The notes below the pieces were generated by a model that saw nothing but the letters and a program-made list of their open reading frames with translations, searched no databases and was not told the DNA's origin. Made by a program: the position numbers and the translations under genes. From positions 5,074-69,073 of the IMG/VR virus record IMGVR_UViG_3300034073_004742: a stretch of DNA of 64,000 nt, one strand, 5' to 3'. This DNA is from a virus. Below, in pieces: positions 45,694-55,821 of this stretch (position 1 is the first letter of the stretch; each line of letters starts with the position of its first letter).

Positions 45694-46333
45694 TGAAAAT
45701 TCCTTTTAGTTTATTGAATAAGATTGTTGAGAAGATTAATGATGCGTCACAGTCACTAGGATAGTGTACTCCTTGTAACATACGAGCTTGAGTTGTTTGA
45801 CTAACAATATTATCTAATTTAGTTTGATCTATTTGATTATACTTATCTTTGAGAATCAAACTTACCAATTTACTATACACCGTATGTCCAGAAGGATAAG
45901 CTGCTGTATGATGTGTTTTGGTAACTATTACATCTATATTCAGATTAAAATAAGATGCTAATTGATTTGGTCGTGGTCTATTATAATAGCCTTTAGTGTT
46001 TTGTAAAATAGGTCTAATAATATGATAAAATTCTTCTATGTGTGTTTTGGGATACTCTACTCCATAACTCGAGCATAATAATTCAAATGGAGTATCCAAA
46101 TCTTGATCAATATTATATACTAACTCTATTTCTTTTGGTGTTCTATTTTTTGTAAGACTAGCTAGTAACTCAAGTTCTTTTAGTGTAACTTTACTAGTAT
46201 TATTCGGAGGATTACTTAGTATTTGTTTCCAGTTTATATCTTTCACTATATCAGATACTGGTTGTTCTAGATATACGGTATCATATCCTAAAGAATCTAA
46301 TTTATCTTTATGAAGATAATAGAGAAGATTCAT
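45686..46333 (-). CDS. PAP2 / acid phosphatase-haloperoxidase family
   Basis: KGYYNRPRP, AYPSGH, ARMLQGVHYPSD. Confidence 0.88.
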   Translation of the reverse strand: MNLLYYLHKDKLDSLGYDTVYLEQPVSDIVKDINWKQILSNPPNNTSKVTLKELELLASLTKNRTPKEIELVYNIDQDLDTPFELLCSSYGVEYPKTHIEEFYHIIRPILQNTKGYYNRPRPNQLASYFNLNIDVIVTKTHHTAAYPSGHTVYSKLVSLILKDKYNQIDQTKLDNIVSQTTQARMLQGVHYPSDCDASLIFSTILFNKLKGIFNE

Positions 46334-46336
46334 GGG

Positions 46337-46999
46337 TCACCAAGCTTTGCATGACCAATATCTGGCTTTCCATTTTGGGCCAGGATTATCACAATTGTGT
46401 CTTGCTCTAAAGCTTTTTCGTCGTTCCGGAATATTTTTCTTAATTTTCATATTTGGATCACCAAAATTGACCTTCACCACATTTCCTTTTTCGTTCTTAA
46501 CATAAACGCTAAATTTTTTAGGACCATCGGATGTTCTAAACGGTTTATTAAGAGTAACTTTTCTACCTTGATATTCTGATCCTTTGCCGACATATACCAA
46601 AGGACGACCATTCTTTTTATAAGTATTCATTCTATCGAAGTAGAATATTTCGTTAGTAGTTGGATCTGTATATTTATACTTAGCTAGTGCGGATAGATCA
46701 AACTCTTCTGTTGTTTCTCCAAAATCAACATAATCTTCATTTGAAGGTATAAATAAATTAGATATTGTTAGTTCTTCTTCGTCTTCGTCATCGTCTTCCT
46801 CATACTCTTCATCTTCGCACTCTGATGAGTATTGAAGATATGCGCAAGTTTGCTGTAGCAGAAATCCTTTTGTTTGTCCAATACATATGGCATATCTTTG
46901 AGAAGAATTTTCATAATCCTTAACCATAGTATCATTGCCCATACATCTTGATAAAAAGTCTTTTTTGGATTCGTCTTTATTTGGTTTTGGTATAGGCAT
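46337..46999 (-). CDS. Conserved phage hypothetical protein with acidic linker
   Basis: PIPKPNKDE...FLSRCM N-motif, EDEEYEEDDDEDEEE, C-terminal KVNFGDPNM...FRARHNC...YWSCKAW. Confidence 0.7.
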   Translation of the reverse strand: MPIPKPNKDESKKDFLSRCMGNDTMVKDYENSSQRYAICIGQTKGFLLQQTCAYLQYSSECEDEEYEEDDDEDEEELTISNLFIPSNEDYVDFGETTEEFDLSALAKYKYTDPTTNEIFYFDRMNTYKKNGRPLVYVGKGSEYQGRKVTLNKPFRTSDGPKKFSVYVKNEKGNVVKVNFGDPNMKIKKNIPERRKSFRARHNCDNPGPKWKARYWSCKAW

Positions 47000-47009
47000 A
47001 TATTATCTC

Positions 47010-48077
47010 CTATGTATTTATACACCCAAAAAGAGTTTTTGCAGAATTTAACCAACTAAATTTTTTAGCTGTTTCTACACCATTAATATTAGTAACAATT
47101 TTATTGTTATATACATATCTCATATAATCAATTATTTCGTCTTTTTGTTTATTATCAATCTTTGCCCAATTACCTTGTCCTACAAACGCTTTGCCATCGT
47201 AAGCTTTTTCTGTTTCGTTTATATTTACAAGATAAGAGTTGTCTTCGTTACAAAACTCTGTATGAGCAGAATACTTTGTTGCTATTACTGGTTTATTCAT
47301 ACTCATCATTTCTAGTAGTTCTAAATTCCATCCCTCCGCTCTAGAAGGAAATAAGCCACAATCGGCATAATTAATAACTTCGGCTATTTCTGTATGAAAT
47401 TTTGTTCCATTTAGTAGCTTTACTCTTTTATCGCTAGAATACATATTTTTCCATTGTTGTAATTCTTGTTCTGATGAATAGTTATTAGTATTTTCTGATG
47501 CTAATAAACAAAGTTCAACATCTGTTTCGTCAGGAAAAGCTTTCTGAAATAATTCTAATAATATATCGTGTCCTTTTCTAATTTCCCATTTACCTATATT
47601 CATAAAAGTATATTTTTGTTTATTTGGTTTTGTATACTTTGTATCATCAAATATGTTTCTATCAACACCCAATGGTACCACTTTAATAGGCGTATCAATA
47701 CCATTTTTTTGTATAATATCCTTAGCCCAATTGCACGTTACCAATATTGTATCCGGTACTTTTAGGTGAGACAGCTCCAAACTATTAAAGGTGTCTAATT
47801 CAAAAAAAGATAGGGCATAGTAATGTCCTTTGCCAGTATGGTTGGCTAAATCGAATTGGTGCCAAATTTTTATAAACGGAGCAAACGGATCAAAATTTGT
47901 ATGACTATTCCTGTATAATTTTACTATCAGTTCATGATCATTTTTATCGTCTGCGCTTGGTTGTCCTATTGGAAAATAGGATATATTTTCATTGATAGAA
48001 TATAAATTCTTAAGAATATTCCATGAAGCTATACCATATCCAGTAGAATTTATAGCACAAGAAAAGTTTATGTTCAT
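47010..48077 (-). CDS. GT4-family glycosyltransferase
   Basis: NIGKWEIRKGHD, FPSRAEGWNLELLEMM. Confidence 0.88.
   Translation of the reverse strand: MNINFSCAINSTGYGIASWNILKNLYSINENISYFPIGQPSADDKNDHELIVKLYRNSHTNFDPFAPFIKIWHQFDLANHTGKGHYYALSFFELDTFNSLELSHLKVPDTILVTCNWAKDIIQKNGIDTPIKVVPLGVDRNIFDDTKYTKPNKQKYTFMNIGKWEIRKGHDILLELFQKAFPDETDVELCLLASENTNNYSSEQELQQWKNMYSSDKRVKLLNGTKFHTEIAEVINYADCGLFPSRAEGWNLELLEMMSMNKPVIATKYSAHTEFCNEDNSYLVNINETEKAYDGKAFVGQGNWAKIDNKQKDEIIDYMRYVYNNKIVTNINGVETAKKFSWLNSAKTLFGCINT
47017..47027 (-). promoter_or_regulatory. Recurrent promoter-like motif GGGTGTATAAA
   Basis: 18 nt upstream of the 46999 start, overlapping the last codons of the GT4 gene. Confidence 0.5.
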
Positions 48078-49189
48078 TTACGATTTATCCTTACAAATTT
48101 AGCGCATTTATTAAAATCTTTTAGATATTTAGCTCCAATATATGTTCCACAACTTCTCAAACCACCAAGTATTTCTTGCACAATATCTTCGACTGGTCCT
48201 TTATACGGAACTTTTTCTACTTTTCCTTCACTCGCTCTGTATGTTTTTTTTCCCTCTCCGTGTTTTTGTTGAGCATAATGACTACTCATTCCATAAAACT
48301 TTAAAGATTTTTTTCTTTTTTCTGGTGGATCATAACCAGGATCATTTGGTTGCCACCATTCGTCAACTACTTCTCTGTCGTTATTTACTATTGCGCATCT
48401 GTATTCGTACTCCCATTCTCCTTCACAAGGATCTGTTCCAGAAAATAATGTTCCTAGCATTAGAAAATCAGCACCTCCACAAATGGCTTTGCATACATCT
48501 CCGCTGGTTCTACAACCGCCGTCGCTCATGATTAAACCTAGCCTACCGGTCTCTGTTTTAAGTCCATGTGCAGCATGACCACATTCATTAACACAGCTGA
48601 ATGTGCCGTAGCCAACGCCAGTAACCATTCTGGTTTGACAAAACTGGCCGGGACCGATCTGTATTTTACAAATATCTACTCCGCCATGAATAATTAGTTC
48701 TTCACAAATTTCTGGAGTTGTTACATTGCCAGCACAAATAATACTATCATTAAAAGTATTTCTGACATCTTTGCAAAATTTAACAAAACTTTCCATATAT
48801 CCATTAGGTACATCGATTACTATGTTTGGATTTTTTCCTAGTTTTTCTGATACAATTTTTAATTTTTCTATATCATCATAGGATTTTCCTATACTAATCC
48901 AAGCATAGTCTACCCCAGCCTCATTAACAATATTAACTAGCTCGTTAGCATCATAATATTTATGTAAGGCTGTGATCATTTTGAATTTTGATAATCTTAA
49001 AGCCATATCTTTGGTGGTAAGAGGAACCATATTGGAGCATACTATGGGGATACCTGTCCATATTCTTGGACTGTGATAAAATTTAAAATTCCTTTCAAGC
49101 ACAACTTCTTTTCTACTCTCAAGTGTTGTTCGTTGTGGCACAATAAGAACATCATCAAAATCTAACTTAATATCTTGACTAATTAGCAT
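48074..49189 (-). CDS. guaC: GMP reductase
   Basis: KLDFDDVLIVP, IDVPNGY, AGNVTT, IGPGQFCQTR, SDGGC, FYGMSS, RASEGK. Confidence 0.9.
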   Translation of the reverse strand: MLISQDIKLDFDDVLIVPQRTTLESRKEVVLERNFKFYHSPRIWTGIPIVCSNMVPLTTKDMALRLSKFKMITALHKYYDANELVNIVNEAGVDYAWISIGKSYDDIEKLKIVSEKLGKNPNIVIDVPNGYMESFVKFCKDVRNTFNDSIICAGNVTTPEICEELIIHGGVDICKIQIGPGQFCQTRMVTGVGYGTFSCVNECGHAAHGLKTETGRLGLIMSDGGCRTSGDVCKAICGGADFLMLGTLFSGTDPCEGEWEYEYRCAIVNNDREVVDEWWQPNDPGYDPPEKRKKSLKFYGMSSHYAQQKHGEGKKTYRASEGKVEKVPYKGPVEDIVQEILGGLRSCGTYIGAKYLKDFNKCAKFVRINRK

Positions 49190-49445
49190 CTTTTATATAC
49201 TCCATGAAATCACTAATATCGTAACAAAACCATTCTTTAAAAGAATCAAAGCCTTTTTCTGTTACACAAATTTTTGAACCAACTAATAAGCCTCTGTGTT
49301 TGTAATATTTTAATGTCGCAACTATCGCGTCTTTGTAGTTATCTCTATCTATAATATATCTAATATGACCAGATTTAATATAGTATTTAGGCATTATTAA
49401 AAAATTGCCATCTATTATGAGTTTGTATTTTTTCTGAAGAGTCAA
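49179..49445 (-). CDS. Hypothetical protein
   Basis: Likely true start MPKYYI (about 49394). Confidence 0.55.
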   Translation of the reverse strand: MTLQKKYKLIIDGNFLIMPKYYIKSGHIRYIIDRDNYKDAIVATLKYYKHRGLLVGSKICVTEKGFDSFKEWFCYDISDFMEYIKDAN

Positions 49446-49920
49446 TATGATTCAAGTAATTTTTAACTTCGTCCCATGAAGATAATATCATCTCGTGTGG
49501 TATCGTTCCAAACAACCAATCTGGAGCATTGTTTTTTCCTTGTTCCATATGAATAATTACAGGTTTTTTACTTCTATTAGCTAAAAAAATCTCCTCATAA
49601 GTACCACAAGGATGCACATCTATATCAAGATTAACTATTAAAAAATCACTAATATCAACAAGTCTTAAGTCAACGCAACGAATATTTTTCATTATTTTTT
49701 TAAGCTCATCATACTTTTCTTGTTGTTTTAATTTTGTTTTGTATGCATGAACAGTGTGATCTTCGTTACCATCTAAACATGGTTTCTTTATTGGATTAAA
49801 TACCGTAATGCCTAGATTCATAAGAAAAGGAGTTATATTGTCTCTCCATGTTGAGCCCCTATCTGGTACTCGATCCATAGCCCCTGCTAGATATACTCTC
49901 TGATTATATAGTCTATTCAT
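49387..49920 (-). CDS. Nucleoside 2-deoxyribosyltransferase-like protein
   Basis: RVYLAGAM, DLRLVDISDFLIV, CGTYEEI. Confidence 0.75.
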   Translation of the reverse strand: MNRLYNQRVYLAGAMDRVPDRGSTWRDNITPFLMNLGITVFNPIKKPCLDGNEDHTVHAYKTKLKQQEKYDELKKIMKNIRCVDLRLVDISDFLIVNLDIDVHPCGTYEEIFLANRSKKPVIIHMEQGKNNAPDWLFGTIPHEMILSSWDEVKNYLNHIDSSEKIQTHNRWQFFNNA

Positions 49921-49921
49921 T

Positions 49922-50068
49922 TTAGTCTATAAATAAATAAGTAAAAATATTCTTTGATGGTTTTACTCCAAGGCTTGGATTTCTTTTGACCTGTTGCATA
50001 TCGTTTAGTCCTTGGAATATACCACAAATTCCAGATATAATTATTCCAACTAATATAATATAATTCAT
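49922..50068 (-). CDS. Small membrane protein, 48 aa (not in ORF track)
   Basis: MNYILLVGIIISGICGIFQG...; ATGA overlap with the upstream GT2 stop. Confidence 0.55.
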   Translation of the reverse strand: MNYIILVGIIISGICGIFQGLNDMQQVKRNPSLGVKPSKNIFTYLFID

Positions 50069-50829
50069 AATATTTTTCCTAAATATCCAAAATATTGACT
50101 TCTCATAGAGTTTACTTCACCAACCATCTCTTTTAATGTTTCCGGATTAGTTGAGCGACCAGTTGGATTTTCATAGTATAGACCAACCGGATGGTTGACC
50201 ATCTTTATTGTAGCACCGCCAACGGCACAACGCAACCAAAAATCTCCGTCCGCTGCTGTTTTGTAGTTTTCATCAAAGTATCCAAATCTATCGTGAAGAC
50301 TTTTTTTCCATAACGGCATACAATGAGGACTATTATTTCTTAAAAGATTCTCGAAACTATGTGGAAGATAAGGATAAATTTGAGTATAATTATTATCTAT
50401 GTATTTTTCATTAGCTTTGTGGGAAACGTATGTAAATCCATATATTAAATCTAGTTCTGGATCTTTGTCGAATTGATACAATAAGATCTCCAGTCCTTCT
50501 TTATTTTTACGATCATCAATGTTCCAGTTGCCAATAATAGGCGACGAACATTTTTTTATCGCTATATTCCAACCAGCGTATAGTCCAGGATCATTGTTTA
50601 ATTTAAAATATTTAATATTAGAATATTCTTGTATTAATGGTAATATATATTGTTCTTCATTTTCTGGAGAGTTACAATTTAAAAAAATAAATTCTATATT
50701 TTTAAACACCGTTTGTTCTATCAGATTATCTAAATAAGATTCTATAAATTTTTCTCCGCGATAGAAAGAGCAAAATAGAGAACAATAATAGTTATATATT
50801 TTTTTTTGAGTTATAAAACCATTTTTCAT
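50065..50829 (-). CDS. GT2-family glycosyltransferase
   Basis: SLFCSFYRGEKFI, GLYAGWN, NWNIDDR, AADGDFWLR. Confidence 0.85.
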   Translation of the reverse strand: MKNGFITQKKIYNYYCSLFCSFYRGEKFIESYLDNLIEQTVFKNIEFIFLNCNSPENEEQYILPLIQEYSNIKYFKLNNDPGLYAGWNIAIKKCSSPIIGNWNIDDRKNKEGLEILLYQFDKDPELDLIYGFTYVSHKANEKYIDNNYTQIYPYLPHSFENLLRNNSPHCMPLWKKSLHDRFGYFDENYKTAADGDFWLRCAVGGATIKMVNHPVGLYYENPTGRSTNPETLKEMVGEVNSMRSQYFGYLGKIL

Positions 50830-50981
50830 ATTAGATATATTTCATTTTCAAAATTAGTAATAAATAAAAAATCACCATTGTACCCAGCATTATAAAGACT
50901 TGATATGCATAATTTAGCCAATTTGATATAGTTGATATTATTATTTAAAGTAAAATATATTAAATGTTTATTTATGTTCAT
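50826..50981 (-). pseudogene. 51-aa probable glycosyltransferase N-terminal stub (not in ORF track)
   Basis: MNINKHLIYFTLNNNINYIKLAKLCISSLYNAGYNGDFLFITNF; overlaps both neighbours. Confidence 0.4.
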
Positions 50982-51591
50982 AATTTTTATTTTCAGCTAT
51001 AATAAAACCATTTCTATCATCAGAATCTATAAGTATGTTATAATTATTTATGTTATGTAGTATTTCTTCTCTAATTAGTTGACATTTATTAGTTTTTGTA
51101 TCATCCAATGCTACTATATGTATCCTATTTTTTAATAGAATCCATTCAGGATATGTAGAATATTCTCCCCCATCAAATAAGCAAAAATCTATATTAGTAG
51201 GTAATATACTAACTACATTAGTATTGTTGTTTATATCATTTAAATCAGATATGAGCCATGATTTATTTGATAATATTTGTTTTTGATTAATATATTCAAA
51301 AATATCTTTGGCTTCTATAATTCTACCATGAATTAAATTTACATAAGTTAAGTATTCATTTAGATTGTGCTTGGCTTCTGTATAAAACTTTAGATTGGAT
51401 TCTAAGCTAAGAAAATTACAATTTAAATTATTATATATAATAGCATCTATAATACATTTAGTTGAACCAAGACCTCTCCATGTTCCTATTTCTAGAATAT
51501 TTTTGGGTTTATATTTAGATATAACTAAATGAATATTGTTACAAAAATTTGTATTAGGTAATATTTGTCCATTAATTTGATTTGGTATCAT
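50968..51591 (-). CDS. Class I SAM-dependent methyltransferase
   Basis: ILEIGTWRGLGST, CLFDGGE, ALDDT. Confidence 0.75.
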   Translation of the reverse strand: MIPNQINGQILPNTNFCNNIHLVISKYKPKNILEIGTWRGLGSTKCIIDAIIYNNLNCNFLSLESNLKFYTEAKHNLNEYLTYVNLIHGRIIEAKDIFEYINQKQILSNKSWLISDLNDINNNTNVVSILPTNIDFCLFDGGEYSTYPEWILLKNRIHIVALDDTKTNKCQLIREEILHNINNYNILIDSDDRNGFIIAENKNYEHK

Positions 51592-52366
51592 ATAGAATTT
51601 TTTCTTTCCAGTAAAAAGAATTTAAGATTTCTAAATTATATTGTCTATTAATAATATTATCGTATTTATTTTTAATTAGATCATAATTTAATAAATTTTC
51701 TATGTTATCTAGTATAATAATTGGCAATTCTTTATATAGTTTATATATTTTATAATCTCCAGTTTTTATAGTTACTGGTATTTTATGACTATATAACACC
51801 TCCCATAATCTGTGGGTATCAATCCCATTACCAGCTGGACAAAGAACCATTTTATGGTCTTGTATTTTTTGAAACATATCATATAGACTCAATGTTGGAT
51901 TATCCAATGTAATATATTTCGATTGTTTGGCCATATCGTATATTTTTTGTCTGTATGCCGGATTTGTTGTAATATTAAAATTACAATATAAGAATTGAGT
52001 TGGTATATAGTCTTTGTCTAGATTTTGTAGTATAGATTCTTTTAGACTAGCCCTATCTGGATATCCTATTCCATGACCATCTCTTGTTGAAAAATATTGA
52101 TTTTCTAACCCAAGAGGAATGGGCTCTACCATATTGCTATGGGTAAGAGCATTAACAGCATACCATTTTTTAATATTTTTTGGAGCTAAAGATACTATTT
52201 GGTCCGTTATGGGATAATCAGAGTTACCTGTGATCAAAACAACTTCGTTATCTAACTTAGTAATAGTTTCAAAATCTTGTAAAAGATAATCTGTTTTACA
52301 AAAAAATACAGTTTTTCCATCATGTAAACTGGAAAGTTTATTATGTTCTAAAAAATCAGTATGGTT
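51572..52366 (-). CDS. Exostosin/GT47-like glycosyltransferase
   Basis: MVLCPAGNGIDTHRLWEVLY; start taken at MNHTDF. Confidence 0.7.
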   Translation of the reverse strand, partial: NHTDFLEHNKLSSLHDGKTVFFCKTDYLLQDFETITKLDNEVVLITGNSDYPITDQIVSLAPKNIKKWYAVNALTHSNMVEPIPLGLENQYFSTRDGHGIGYPDRASLKESILQNLDKDYIPTQFLYCNFNITTNPAYRQKIYDMAKQSKYITLDNPTLSLYDMFQKIQDHKMVLCPAGNGIDTHRLWEVLYSHKIPVTIKTGDYKIYKLYKELPIIILDNIENLLNYDLIKNKYDNIINRQYNLEILNSFYWKEKILYDTKSN

Positions 52367-52733
52367 CATAAGATTTTTCTTCAATAAAACTAGATTCGCT
52401 CAGAATATTAATATCTTTTTTTATAGCAGCTCTTTTATCGTTTGTTATATAAACAGACCTAGCCAACTCTATAAATTCTTTATCAAATATTTTTTGTTTT
52501 TCTTTTAGTCTTATATGATCTTCAATATTCCATAGTTCTTTATTTATAGTTTTTAAAGTGAAATAAAGCTGTTTAATTTGAATATTATCTAATAGATGTA
52601 AGCATTGTTGTTTTATGTATTCTAGTTCTTTAGTAATATTAGATAATTTATCTGTTTCTTTAATGCAGTCGCTCTTGATCTCTAGTATTGTTAATTTATC
52701 TAAAATTTCGCCATTTGATATTTGTATATTCAT
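52356..52733 (-). CDS. DUF6165-like protein
   Basis: ISNGEILDKLTILEIK...LWNIED...ARSVYITNDKR. Confidence 0.7.
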   Translation of the reverse strand: MNIQISNGEILDKLTILEIKSDCIKETDKLSNITKELEYIKQQCLHLLDNIQIKQLYFTLKTINKELWNIEDHIRLKEKQKIFDKEFIELARSVYITNDKRAAIKKDINILSESSFIEEKSYEPY

Positions 52734-53374
52734 ATTATGATCCAATTTTTTTTCAAAATAAAATTGCTATGATTTTTAGATATAAAATTTTTATGATATA
52801 CTAATTTGGTTTTTTTAGATGTTTCTATTCTATCTATTAGATGTATATAAGAAGAATTAATACAATGTATTTCTGTTGCATTCTGTATAAGATCTATATT
52901 ATCAAAAAAATTACCATTATTACTATAAATTTTTTGTAAAGTATGATCTATTTTTGTATAATCAAGCCTATCTATGCCATCCGAGCCCATATGACATAGA
53001 AAACCATAAGGTTCATTTGGTACAGGATTTTGCGATTTCGGTTTGTTTATGAAAAAATTATTCCAAGATAATTCGTATGAAAGACCAATTTGATAATAAA
53101 ATACTTCGTCCCACATCAAATTTGAAGGAAAATTGGAATTTAATGATATTCCTAATCTAATATAGTTTGAATTTTGTAATCCAATATCGGTGGCCTCATT
53201 ATCATTCTCTACACACAATATTTGTATATTAGAATTATTTTTATACATATAAGATACGTTTTGATAATTCTTATGTTTACAAAATAGTTTTATATTTTCT
53301 TTTGCTGCAATGGTTCTTATTAGTCCGTTGCATATAATATGATCTCCTAATCCTAGATGGTGATGAATTATCAT
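52730..53374 (-). CDS. Glycan-cluster protein, GT-B/heptosyltransferase-like
   Basis: IHHHLGLGDHIICNG, IQNATEIHCINSS. Confidence 0.55.
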   Translation of the reverse strand: MIIHHHLGLGDHIICNGLIRTIAAKENIKLFCKHKNYQNVSYMYKNNSNIQILCVENDNEATDIGLQNSNYIRLGISLNSNFPSNLMWDEVFYYQIGLSYELSWNNFFINKPKSQNPVPNEPYGFLCHMGSDGIDRLDYTKIDHTLQKIYSNNGNFFDNIDLIQNATEIHCINSSYIHLIDRIETSKKTKLVYHKNFISKNHSNFILKKNWIII

Positions 53375-54153
53375 ATTTTATTTTTGATATTTTCTAGAAT
53401 ATTCTTTGCTTCATTTGGGTCTTTGCATCCATGAAAACAATAAAATTTAACAGGGCAATTCAACTTTAAATACGATTCGTAGAGTTCAAAGCTGTTGTCT
53501 ATATTATTAGATATATAATCTTTATATATAGTGCTGTTTGGAAAAAAATTATATCCTAGATCATAATTAACTTGGTATTTAGCCAATAAGCAGTTGAGTA
53601 TTCCTTCGTCTTCTATGTATGGGATAGAATTATTCTTATGGAATAGATCAATAGAATCTATGATTTCTTGTATGAAAGATTTATGATTTTTTATCACTAA
53701 CCCACAAGCATATACATACTTCATGCTGGGCTGATTGGATGTAAACATATCAAGCATGTTTTTTAAATGATATTTATGTATAGGATTTTCAAAAGGATTG
53801 TGTGGATGTTTTGCAAATAGTGGGAACTGACATGAAGCTATACGATTAACATTTTCATAGAATAATTTGTCTACTTCTGGTAGAGCAATCATATCTGCGT
53901 CTAACATTACTGTTAAGTCATAAGTACTATCTAATAGTGTTAACCATTTGTATTTATAAAGATGGCTGTTTGTTATGATTCCAGTTTCTCTAATTTTTTT
54001 AGAAATAACTTGAGTGTTTTTAAAATCATAATCAAAATTTATACAGTTAACAGTTATCGGATATTCGCTAAACGAGCAGATAGAGTCTATTAGAATCTCA
54101 ACTAGCGGCAGCCAATTCCTGGTGCAAAAAGTGTTGAACCCAAAATTGTTCAT
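53371..54153 (-). CDS. GT-A (GT8-like) glycosyltransferase
   Basis: MLDADMI DxD, EDEGILN. Confidence 0.7.
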   Translation of the reverse strand: MNNFGFNTFCTRNWLPLVEILIDSICSFSEYPITVNCINFDYDFKNTQVISKKIRETGIITNSHLYKYKWLTLLDSTYDLTVMLDADMIALPEVDKLFYENVNRIASCQFPLFAKHPHNPFENPIHKYHLKNMLDMFTSNQPSMKYVYACGLVIKNHKSFIQEIIDSIDLFHKNNSIPYIEDEGILNCLLAKYQVNYDLGYNFFPNSTIYKDYISNNIDNSFELYESYLKLNCPVKFYCFHGCKDPNEAKNILENIKNKI

Positions 54154-54800
54154 GATGTTATGTATTTCTGGTATTCTGGATGTCTATTATTGAACTCATC
54201 AAATACGTCTCCAACAAATTCTGTATTTTGTCTTGCTGTTGGAAATGGTTGTTTATCAAAAAATTCATCATGTACTAATTTATCATCACCTATTAAAGGA
54301 TACAATTCTTCTGTAAAAAATTTATAATCAGTACCATAGTTATTTGTTTTATTGAAAGATTCTAATAATATTTGCATAGGATATTTATTGTTATTTTTAT
54401 ATCCCCACATACCTCCAAGAATAGGAAATTTGTGATATGGATGATCTCTCATAATATGAAAGGTTTTATTAGACTGTAACCATTCATCTACTGCATATTT
54501 TTCTCTTAGCGACAATCTACTATCGGTATCTCTAAAAATACTTACATTCACATCAATATCATACGATGCTTCGAATCTCCAAAACATACTTCTCCAATCA
54601 CCTTTGATGTTTTTTTTAATAATTTGTGTATTGGAAAAAGATTCTAGTTTTTGTATTGTTTCAATTGGAACTTCCGAATCTATATAAAATCTACACACCC
54701 AATCAGAGTATATATCTTTAGCAAGTTCTGCATTTTTTATACTACCAAAAGTATATTTTGGATTATTGCCCCAAAGACTAAAGCTAATAATTTTATTCAT
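54150..54800 (-). CDS. Putative glycosyltransferase (FSLWG family)
   Basis: IISFSLWG, MFWRF, FRDTDSR, MRDHPYH..ILGGMWG. Confidence 0.6.
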   Translation of the reverse strand: MNKIISFSLWGNNPKYTFGSIKNAELAKDIYSDWVCRFYIDSEVPIETIQKLESFSNTQIIKKNIKGDWRSMFWRFEASYDIDVNVSIFRDTDSRLSLREKYAVDEWLQSNKTFHIMRDHPYHKFPILGGMWGYKNNNKYPMQILLESFNKTNNYGTDYKFFTEELYPLIGDDKLVHDEFFDKQPFPTARQNTEFVGDVFDEFNNRHPEYQKYITS

Positions 54801-55360
54801 TTTACTGGATTATATACAGTAACAAAAAATTTGCCCCATATATCGTTAATTAGTTCGCTTATAAAGTTCCAATTACCACCAGCTAGTCCACTACCGAATT
54901 TAGGACAATGAATTTCTATTTTTTCATTTTTGTTTACGAAACCAGTATTCATATGAATATATTGAGAAACCTTATACATGCTTTGTCCAAGAGCAAAATA
55001 ATTCAATGGTCTGCTATTGTTGAAGTTCTTAACACCATTTTGAGCAATCATATTAACAAAAATTAATTTATGTCTATATTGAGGTTCCTCATAAACTTTT
55101 ATAATTTGAGAATAACCTAGATTAGCAGATAAAAAGTTTCTACCAAGAAGATGATAGTCGGCCTTGACTACCGGATATTTTTGACCAACTTGGTATGCGA
55201 ATCCAGCATCAAATAGGTCGATATTATTACATACATGAGGAACAAAAACTGTTGCTCCATTTTCTTTTGAATGAACTCTTTGTTCGATTATGTCGAATAT
55301 ATTTTTATTTGAAAGAACATATGGTTCTTTTTTTAGCACTTTTTGATTAGGCATTTTCAT
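54797..55360 (-). CDS. Macro-domain protein (T4 Tk.4-like)
   Basis: VPHVCNN...AGFA, VNMIAQ, CPKFGSGLAGGNW. Confidence 0.75.
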   Translation of the reverse strand: MKMPNQKVLKKEPYVLSNKNIFDIIEQRVHSKENGATVFVPHVCNNIDLFDAGFAYQVGQKYPVVKADYHLLGRNFLSANLGYSQIIKVYEEPQYRHKLIFVNMIAQNGVKNFNNSRPLNYFALGQSMYKVSQYIHMNTGFVNKNEKIEIHCPKFGSGLAGGNWNFISELINDIWGKFFVTVYNPVK

Positions 55361-55589
55361 TATCCTTTTTTCTTTCTTTTATCGCTAGTATATTACTATC
55401 TTTGTCAAAAGTAAAAAGATCAATAGGATCTATTATTTCTTCCGGGCTTAACCATCTTCCATGTCCGGTTCTGAGATTAATACAAAGTTTTTTACCGTCT
55501 TTTTTAAAGTCGCTAGTTGTTATAAAGTATTCATTACCTATAACAAAACATTCTCCTGTTGATATTTCCTCTAAATATTTCATGATCAA
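55347..55589 (-). CDS. Hypothetical protein
   Basis: 80 aa, overlaps neighbours. Confidence 0.6.
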   Translation of the reverse strand: MIMKYLEEISTGECFVIGNEYFITTSDFKKDGKKLCINLRTGHGRWLSPEEIIDPIDLFTFDKDSNILAIKERKKDNENA

Positions 55590-55789
55590 TGATTATAATA
55601 TCTGTCCCAATCTTCCCATTCTTCTTCCTGATAACTTTCTTTTATTTTTTTTAGTTCTTTTTTTGATATATTTTTTCTTTTGTTTATATCATCTTCCTCA
55701 AAATAATTATCACCATTTTGGTGTTTTTTCTTAAATTTTTCTCGTCTTTTTTCTTTTTCGTTTGAAAAATCGTTATCGAAGTTATTCAT
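55586..55789 (-). CDS. Small highly charged hypothetical protein
   Basis: Start taken at MNNFDN (55789), 33 nt below a promoter motif; the ORF-track extension to 55879 runs through the promoters. Confidence 0.6.
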   Translation of the reverse strand: MNNFDNDFSNEKEKRREKFKKKHQNGDNYFEEDDINKRKNISKKELKKIKESYQEEEWEDWDRYYNH

Positions 55790-55821
55790 AGTATTGTTTG
55801 TTTGACCGCTTGAACAGATGT

